Source of the DNA: Bdellovibrionota bacterium FG-1
GTDB taxonomy: Bacteria; Bdellovibrionota; UBA1018
Direction: 5' to 3'
Assembly (NCBI GenBank): GCA_051382295.1
Contig: JBBCAW010000021.1
Span: 1 to 64,000, forward strand
Length of the DNA stretch: 64,000 nucleotides
The notes beneath the pieces are model-generated. The model saw nothing but the letters and a program-made list of their open reading frames with translations. It searched no databases and was not told the DNA's origin. Numbering within the stretch: position 1 is the stretch's first letter; every line of letters starts with the position of its first letter. A program made the position numbers and the translations under genes. Below are positions 58,290 through 64,000 of this stretch, piece by piece.

Positions 58290-59413
58290 TCGCGGTCTAG
58301 GCTTAAAGATCCCCCGTTTTCCTCGAGAACTTGACGCGCGATACTCAATCCAAGCCCAGTGCCTTGGCCTAGGCCTTTGGTCGTGTAGAAGGGTTTAAAA
58401 ATTTTTTCAGCTAGTTCTTCTGAAATACCATTGCCGGAGTCTGTCACGAATAAGGCTAACTGATTTTTTTCTGGCGTGATTTCAATTTGGATCCACCTGG
58501 GTTGAGGTTTTGGAAGCTCTGAAAGTGCATCAACGGCGTTATTGAGAAGGTTAAGAAACGCCTGTGAAAGCTGGACGGGTCTGCCGCGGATTAAGGGACA
58601 TTGAGTAGGAATATGAGTTTCGATCTTAATCGAAAAATGCCTCAGCCGTTCTTCGCAAAAATCGATGGTTTCGCGCACTATTGAGGAGGGATTAAAATCA
58701 ATGAGTGGGTCTTTTTGGCCGTCCCGACTTGTGGTTTTGAGGCCCGCTAAGACTCGGCTGATTCGATCAATGGTTGCATTGATTTTACTGGCAGAATCCA
58801 AAATATCTTCGATATCCTGCGGGTTTTTTTTGAGGCGGGTCTCGATCAAATAAGCATGATTTTTTAAAACGGTGAGTGGATTATTCAGCTCGTGGACAAT
58901 ATTGGCGGTCATTTGCCCCAGGGCGGCCAAACGTGCTGAGGCGATCAGGGGAAGAACATGGTCCGTCGTGGCCTTAAGTTTATGGTTCAGGCTTTTGGCT
59001 ATCCCTCGATAGATTTTTACGCCTAAGGCTGGATTTTTCTCCACCAGCCGCTCTAAGTCGTCGTATCGGAGTTCGAGAATACGACAATGATTTTGCGCAA
59101 CCACGCCTGCTGTTCTCAGAAAACTTTGTTTTTTTTCTGAAGGCTTTCGTTCGGCGAAAGCCATTTCGCCAAAAACGGAGCCTTCGTCCAACTCCGTGAT
59201 TCGAGAAAGTTGGCCGTTGGTACTGTTTCGCAAGATTTCGACACTGCCTTCTTCCAGAACAAAAAGCGAATAAGCGTGATCGCCTTCATAGATGAGCACT
59301 TCGCCGGGGGCCACGTTTCTTTCTTGAATGAGCTGAGCGACCGAGGTAATTTCGCCGAGGGTGAGGTCTGAAAAAATTTGCGCGTGTTGAAGGGCTTCTA
59401 CGGGGTTCATCAT
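58247..59413 (-). CDS. Cytoplasmic histidine kinase with N-terminal cyclic-nucleotide-binding domain
   Basis: FGEMA...RTA cNMP motif; HELNNPL, NLLNNA.DA, DSGNGI, F.PFYTTK and GTGLGL boxes. Confidence 0.92.
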   Translation of the reverse strand: MMNPVEALQHAQIFSDLTLGEITSVAQLIQERNVAPGEVLIYEGDHAYSLFVLEEGSVEILRNSTNGQLSRITELDEGSVFGEMAFAERKPSEKKQSFLRTAGVVAQNHCRILELRYDDLERLVEKNPALGVKIYRGIAKSLNHKLKATTDHVLPLIASARLAALGQMTANIVHELNNPLTVLKNHAYLIETRLKKNPQDIEDILDSASKINATIDRISRVLAGLKTTSRDGQKDPLIDFNPSSIVRETIDFCEERLRHFSIKIETHIPTQCPLIRGRPVQLSQAFLNLLNNAVDALSELPKPQPRWIQIEITPEKNQLALFVTDSGNGISEELAEKIFKPFYTTKGLGQGTGLGLSIARQVLEENGGSLSLDRDYANTRFVIRLPLA

Positions 59414-59478
59414 TTTAAAATGTTCGTATGATCTATGGAGTTTGTCAAATGAGGGGAGTTCGGCTATAAGCGCCTGAT

Positions 59479-60303
59479 ATGTCTAAGAATCCGAGTGCCG
59501 ATTGGGCTCCCCTAGTTCGCAAGCAGTGGGTTTCGGCTTGTCATTTCCATGATTTAAGCGAGACGGAGGTTTTGCACGAGGTCGCTCGCCGGGTCATTGA
59601 GGTCAACTCTAAGGCTGAAGGGCGCAAACAGGCACATCCTTTAGTGTTGCTGGATTTGGATTCGACCCTCTACGAGGTGGGACCGCGCACTTATCGAATT
59701 TTGTGCGAGTGGATGGATCTCTCCTCCTCGCAACAGTTTCCGGGTGTTTGCAGGGCTCTTCAAGAGGCTGAGCCTTGGCATGTGGGTTATTCAGTCAAGG
59801 ACACGTTAGAGGCGGTTGGCTTAGATGTTCTTGATCCTGAGGTGGCGGCCGCGCTACCGGAGATCAAGGCGTTTTGGGTAGAACGGTTTTTTACGAGCAC
59901 TTATTTGCACTACGATCATGCTTATCCAGGGGCGCCTGAGTTTACACGCAAGGTCCACGCGCTGGGGGCCGAGATTGTTTACCTCACGGGTCGGGATGAG
60001 CCGGGAATGGGGGAGGGAACTCGCGCGAATCTTTTGCGGGATGGGTTTCCTTGGCAAATGGATCGAACCCATTTATTGATGAAGTCTGCGGCCCATGTGG
60101 CTGATTTGGATCACAAAAAAGATGCCGCTCACTATATTCGAGAGCACGGGACGTTGGTGGCTTCTTTTGAAAATGAGCCGCCCAACTTAGTTGCATTGGC
60201 CGAGATTTTTCCGGATGCGATGCATGTTTTTGTCGATACGGTTTGCAGCGAGCATCCCACAAAAGCCTATGAGGGTCTTTATCGGATCGGAAGTTTTTTC
60301 TGA
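59479..60303 (+). CDS. HAD-superfamily hydrolase/phosphatase
   Basis: LLDLDSTL (motif I), YLTGR (motif II), later Lys and SFENE. Confidence 0.85.
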   Translation: MSKNPSADWAPLVRKQWVSACHFHDLSETEVLHEVARRVIEVNSKAEGRKQAHPLVLLDLDSTLYEVGPRTYRILCEWMDLSSSQQFPGVCRALQEAEPWHVGYSVKDTLEAVGLDVLDPEVAAALPEIKAFWVERFFTSTYLHYDHAYPGAPEFTRKVHALGAEIVYLTGRDEPGMGEGTRANLLRDGFPWQMDRTHLLMKSAAHVADLDHKKDAAHYIREHGTLVASFENEPPNLVALAEIFPDAMHVFVDTVCSEHPTKAYEGLYRIGSFF

Positions 60304-60755
60304 AGAACTTGGGTTCGCATTTCATCTTTGTAACGAACAATCCGGTCTAGAATAGCTGGATCTCCGGAACCTAAAATCTGGGCGGCAAGGATGCCGGCAT
60401 TCCAGGCGTTTCCGATCGCCACCGTGGCCACCGGGACTCCCTTAGGCATTTGGACCATTGAAAAAAGGGCGTCCTGACCTTGAAGTGGACCAATGGGAAC
60501 AGGCACGCCAATGACTGGAAGTTCTGTATAGGCTGCAATGACCCCAGGCAGGTGCGCGGCCCCCCCGGCTCCTGCAATAATAACGCGAATCCCCCGCGTG
60601 CGAGCATTTTGGGCAAACAGGGCGGCCTCGTGAGGCGTGCGATGGGCCGAGAGCACTGAAAGCTCATGAGCGATTGAAAGGTGATCGAGCGCTTCGGCGG
60701 CGGCCTTCATGATCGGAAAGTCCGAGTCGCTTCCCATTATAATCGAAACACGCAT
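60279..60755 (-). CDS. purE: N5-carboxyaminoimidazole ribonucleotide mutase
   Basis: IMGSDSD, SAHRTP, AGAGGAAHLPG and VQMP.GVPVATV motifs. Confidence 0.98.
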   Translation of the reverse strand: MRVSIIMGSDSDFPIMKAAAEALDHLSIAHELSVLSAHRTPHEAALFAQNARTRGIRVIIAGAGGAAHLPGVIAAYTELPVIGVPVPIGPLQGQDALFSMVQMPKGVPVATVAIGNAWNAGILAAQILGSGDPAILDRIVRYKDEMRTQVLQKKLPIR

Positions 60756-60788
60756 GGAGGGCTCCTTTGCTGGTGAATGAGGGGATGG

Positions 60789-62174
60789 TTATTGAAAAAC
60801 TTTACTCATCCAAGCTTGCCAGTGTCCACCCATTTGCTGATAAAAAAGCGAGGGTTGAAAAATTTTGAGCCGATTTTGAAGGTCTTTGGCCGATCCTGGA
60901 AGCCATACGGCGAGACCTTTGTATCTGAGAAGGTAAAGGTCAGGTTCAGTGCCTGTATAATGGCTGCCCAACGCATAGGACACAACGGTTCGGTCGAGTG
61001 CGGCTAGGGCTCCGTTCGTGGCTTGTGCAAGTGACAATGAATGCGGGCCTTCATCGCGCACCATTTGTTGCATTAAAGTCAAAAACCCCCCTAGCTCTTG
61101 CGATCCTCCGGCATAAGCGGGGGCCGCGTGTAACGTATTTTCGATCGAGATCGCCCGCAGCGGGTCTTCGTCCAGGTAGCGGTTCAAAGCGCTGGCAAAA
61201 ATCTTGAGAGCGGGAAGTAGGGAGTAGGTGAGTTCATCGCTGGCCACTGAACTGAGGGTGGCGGTTTGATTGGCGGCCGGTAAATGACGCCCGTGAAGGC
61301 CGTTTTCAGCTACGGACATTTTAAAAAGTTTTGGCAGAATTCGTGCCAGTAAAAAGGCCTCGTCTTGGGCGAGCGAACTCCCTGCAAGGCTAGGACTGGA
61401 TCGTTCATTTAAAAAACGTCCCGTATTAATTTCGAACATCATACGTCGATAGGGGAAACCCAAAAAGTTTTGGATTTGTGAGGATCCGATCACAAAGCGG
61501 GTGACATCTGAAATTTCAGTACTGACTTCGATCGTTTGCATCAGACAGGCATCCGAAGCATAGAGGTCAATGCGTTTTCCTCCTAACGTATTTTGCTCAG
61601 CATCTAAAAGCGCATCGTGAAGTTGCTGAATGCTCAAAAATTCAGCTTGATTTTTTGAATAGGCCAAACCGGCATAGCCTTGACCATGGCCCCATACAAT
61701 GACCAGCGTGTGCTCGGCTGGATAGTGTTGAAGCCCCCATTCTAAAAAACCTTCAAAGTCGTCTGCCACCGAAATCGGTGCGCCGGCGGAGGTCGTGAGC
61801 GAAACCTTGGCGACAAGGGGGGATTGGATATCTCTGGGTGATCGACTCGAAAAATCTTCGAGTTTGAGATTCGCGCGATAAGGAGCGGCTGCCTGCGTGA
61901 TGTGGAAACGCAGACCCTCTTTGGCTTCGGGGGTATTGAGTTGCACCACCATGTCAGCTCGCGCGGTCGATCCGGCGGCAATCCGACCACTTTCGTAACC
62001 CGCCTCCATCTCGTACAAGTCCCAGTAAGCATAGGGCAAAAGTTCATTGTCCGCAGCCATGTAGATCAACACGCTCCATGGCTTTCGCGCTTGTGCGCCT
62101 TGAGCGAGTGGTCCACACCAGACGACGAAAACAAGAATCGCGAACGCGAAACGCAGGCCGTTCTGGATAGTCAT
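60789..62174 (-). CDS. Secreted clostripain-family (C11) cysteine peptidase
   Basis: W..LIYMAADN.L, YPA....IVWGHG (His) and DACLM..IEV (Cys) motifs; signal peptide. Confidence 0.88.
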   Translation of the reverse strand: MTIQNGLRFAFAILVFVVWCGPLAQGAQARKPWSVLIYMAADNELLPYAYWDLYEMEAGYESGRIAAGSTARADMVVQLNTPEAKEGLRFHITQAAAPYRANLKLEDFSSRSPRDIQSPLVAKVSLTTSAGAPISVADDFEGFLEWGLQHYPAEHTLVIVWGHGQGYAGLAYSKNQAEFLSIQQLHDALLDAEQNTLGGKRIDLYASDACLMQTIEVSTEISDVTRFVIGSSQIQNFLGFPYRRMMFEINTGRFLNERSSPSLAGSSLAQDEAFLLARILPKLFKMSVAENGLHGRHLPAANQTATLSSVASDELTYSLLPALKIFASALNRYLDEDPLRAISIENTLHAAPAYAGGSQELGGFLTLMQQMVRDEGPHSLSLAQATNGALAALDRTVVSYALGSHYTGTEPDLYLLRYKGLAVWLPGSAKDLQNRLKIFQPSLFYQQMGGHWQAWMSKVFQ

Positions 62175-63739
62175 TTTTTCTGTGCGAGCCCGATCAATTG
62201 CTCAACGATCTTAGCGAGTGGCATCCCGCCTTTGGCGGTCTTGGCGGCCGCCTTGCGCCAGGTTTCTGGTAAAACTTCATTGGCTTCCCATTTTCCGGTG
62301 GCAAAGCGATCGCCGGGGGTTTTGGCTTTTTCGCCCAGTCCTGGAGTCCAAATAAAGTCGGGATGTGCATTTTGGTACCATTCGCCGCCGATAATGGCTC
62401 CGTGGGTGTCTAGTTCGAGGTCATACATGTAGCGCACTGTGGTGGGATTGTCGTTTTTGGGTGAATCGGTTTTGGCATGACTCGGGTTGGTTTCTTCAAT
62501 GTAGGTGAGGTCCATCGCAATGCCCACCACGGTGCGGGCATTTTTGGATCGATAACTTTTAAACTTGTCGTCTTTAAAATCGTTGAGAGCGACCTGCGCG
62601 GCGCTGAGGGTTTCAGCCGGTTCTCCGGTCTGGGGATTAAAATAGGAGTATTGATAAGAGTAGACGGGTTGGTTCCACACTTCGTAATCGTAGGTCGCAT
62701 CGATCACCATGCTGCGTTTGGCAACGCCGATTTGGTTGATCATGGTCAAATGCCAGGTGCCTGGATTGGTATCGAAACAATCCTGCGAAATGATGCGGCC
62801 GTTAGGGTCCATTTGTGGGTCTTTTTCATTACAGCGCCCCCCGATAAACCGGCTCTCGGTTCGAGTCCTAGCCCAAAGGAGGGAGGCTAGGCCTTTGATA
62901 TCCGATGGATAAAAAGTAAGCCTGGTTTGTCCGTTGGCAGCCAAAACCTGAACCGTCCGGGTCGGACGTGGGAGCGAATAGGAGGCCGGGGCCCAGCCGT
63001 GACAGATTCCCATCCAATTTTCGACGGAACCGTTTTCTCGATAATAACCTTCGCCGTCACTCCACATGGCCTGAGTGAGTCCTTGATTGGAATCGCCGGT
63101 GAGAAGGTCGTATTTTTCGGAAGGAGACAACGAATCAATGGCCGTGACATCACCGGCCTGAAAGATCGAAAGCGCGGACGTCACAGGGTTGATGACATAT
63201 TGTTGATTGAGGAACCAGCTCGCGTTACCCGGGAATTGGTTGTCCGCATAACGTTGGCCCAGCGTCCCTAAATAGATCGGCCAATAACTGTCAGACCAGG
63301 GGCTTTCGGCAAGCTCAGCGCTTTTAAGATTTTGAGTTTCCATTTGGTCCAAAGTGCGAACCAGGGTGTCGGTGTTGTCTACTAAGTCTTCGACAAGGTC
63401 ATTTTCTTCGTAGGGAGCACGGCCGGGAAGGGTTTCGTTTAAACAGACGCGGTTTCCAGTTCTCGTGGTTTTACACATGCCTCTGCGGAGCTGGTCTTTT
63501 TGCCGAACGAACTCACCCGTAAGGATGGCGTCATCCGTAAAGGCCGAGTTGGAGGGTGCCGGTCGGCCCGAGGCTAAATCGAATTTTTTTGGAATCCGTT
63601 TCATGACTTGGGCGGGATGAGCCTTGAACTCTTGAAGGAAACCGCGAATGGCCTGGGCACGTTGGGCGTTCGCAGCTGGAATGCTGCAAAAGGCCGGAGT
63701 TCCGATTAAAAAAACGGACAAGCCGATAGAAAATTTCAC
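62171..63739 (-). CDS. Secreted transglutaminase-elicitor (GP42-like) family protein
   Basis: PWSDSYWP, SPSEKYD, W.GICHGWA, DIK.L, D.NPG.WH, VWNQPV, Y.LELD..G.IIGGEW and HPDF.W motifs. Confidence 0.85.
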   Translation of the reverse strand: MKFSIGLSVFLIGTPAFCSIPAANAQRAQAIRGFLQEFKAHPAQVMKRIPKKFDLASGRPAPSNSAFTDDAILTGEFVRQKDQLRRGMCKTTRTGNRVCLNETLPGRAPYEENDLVEDLVDNTDTLVRTLDQMETQNLKSAELAESPWSDSYWPIYLGTLGQRYADNQFPGNASWFLNQQYVINPVTSALSIFQAGDVTAIDSLSPSEKYDLLTGDSNQGLTQAMWSDGEGYYRENGSVENWMGICHGWAPASYSLPRPTRTVQVLAANGQTRLTFYPSDIKGLASLLWARTRTESRFIGGRCNEKDPQMDPNGRIISQDCFDTNPGTWHLTMINQIGVAKRSMVIDATYDYEVWNQPVYSYQYSYFNPQTGEPAETLSAAQVALNDFKDDKFKSYRSKNARTVVGIAMDLTYIEETNPSHAKTDSPKNDNPTTVRYMYDLELDTHGAIIGGEWYQNAHPDFIWTPGLGEKAKTPGDRFATGKWEANEVLPETWRKAAAKTAKGGMPLAKIVEQLIGLAQKK

Positions 63740-63892
63740 CCGGAGGTCCCCCTAAAAAACAGAAGCATGCACAGTCACTGTGTAATTGACGCGGACTATA
63801 ATTGAAACTCATGCGGTGCGCAACGGTAATTCGGCAGTCAGGTCGTGAAGTCTTGACCGATTGAGCGAGATGGCAGCATAATCCGGTGGAAT

Positions 63893-64000
63893 ATGATGGA
63901 GCTTTTTATCTTTCGACATGGCGAAACAGATTGGAATGCGCAGGGGCGATTTCAGGGGCATATCGATATTCCTCTCAACAGCCGAGGCCGTGAACAAGCT
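63893..64000 (+). CDS. Histidine phosphatase / phosphoglycerate mutase family protein, truncated by the window end
   Basis: Manual translation MMELFIFRHGETDWNAQGRFQGHIDIPLNSRGREQA contains the RHG motif; not in the ORF track. Confidence 0.9.
   Translation, partial: MMELFIFRHGETDWNAQGRFQGHIDIPLNSRGREQA

Overview
Dense bacterial chromosomal window. The gene complement (orphan TadA, DUF366, many large secreted hypothetical proteins, TGase-elicitor/clostripain pair, TetR-TolC-RND operon) suggests a Bdellovibrionota/Oligoflexia-like organism; this is inference only. Recognisable housekeeping genes: queD, queC, gltX, typA, csp, ftsB-like, eno, queF, nfuA-like, ettA, clpS, clpA, aat, otsA-like, GH15, purE. 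No rRNA, tRNA, CRISPR array, integrase or transposase was seen. The best candidate for an undescribed system is a 9-kb divergent locus (13574-22638). On one side is a three-gene operon of secreted helical proteins with hydrophobic hairpins, resembling pore-forming or translocon subunits. On the other is a two-gene operon encoding a secreted transglutaminase-like protein and a secreted SelO/YdiU-like (AMPylase-fold) protein with a ComEA-type HhH domain. Other notable items: a c-di-AMP-riboswitch-like leader before slt-queD-queC; a membrane-anchored sensor-OtsA fusion and a GH15 gene driven by back-to-back sigma54 motifs; a Fur-box mini-regulon; several readable operators; apparently leaderless genes; a radical SAM gene split by one TGA; a homopolymer-frameshifted YbhB; two TA modules with broken toxins; and a structured 51-bp tandem repeat. 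All family calls come from motif recognition by eye; no database searches were run.
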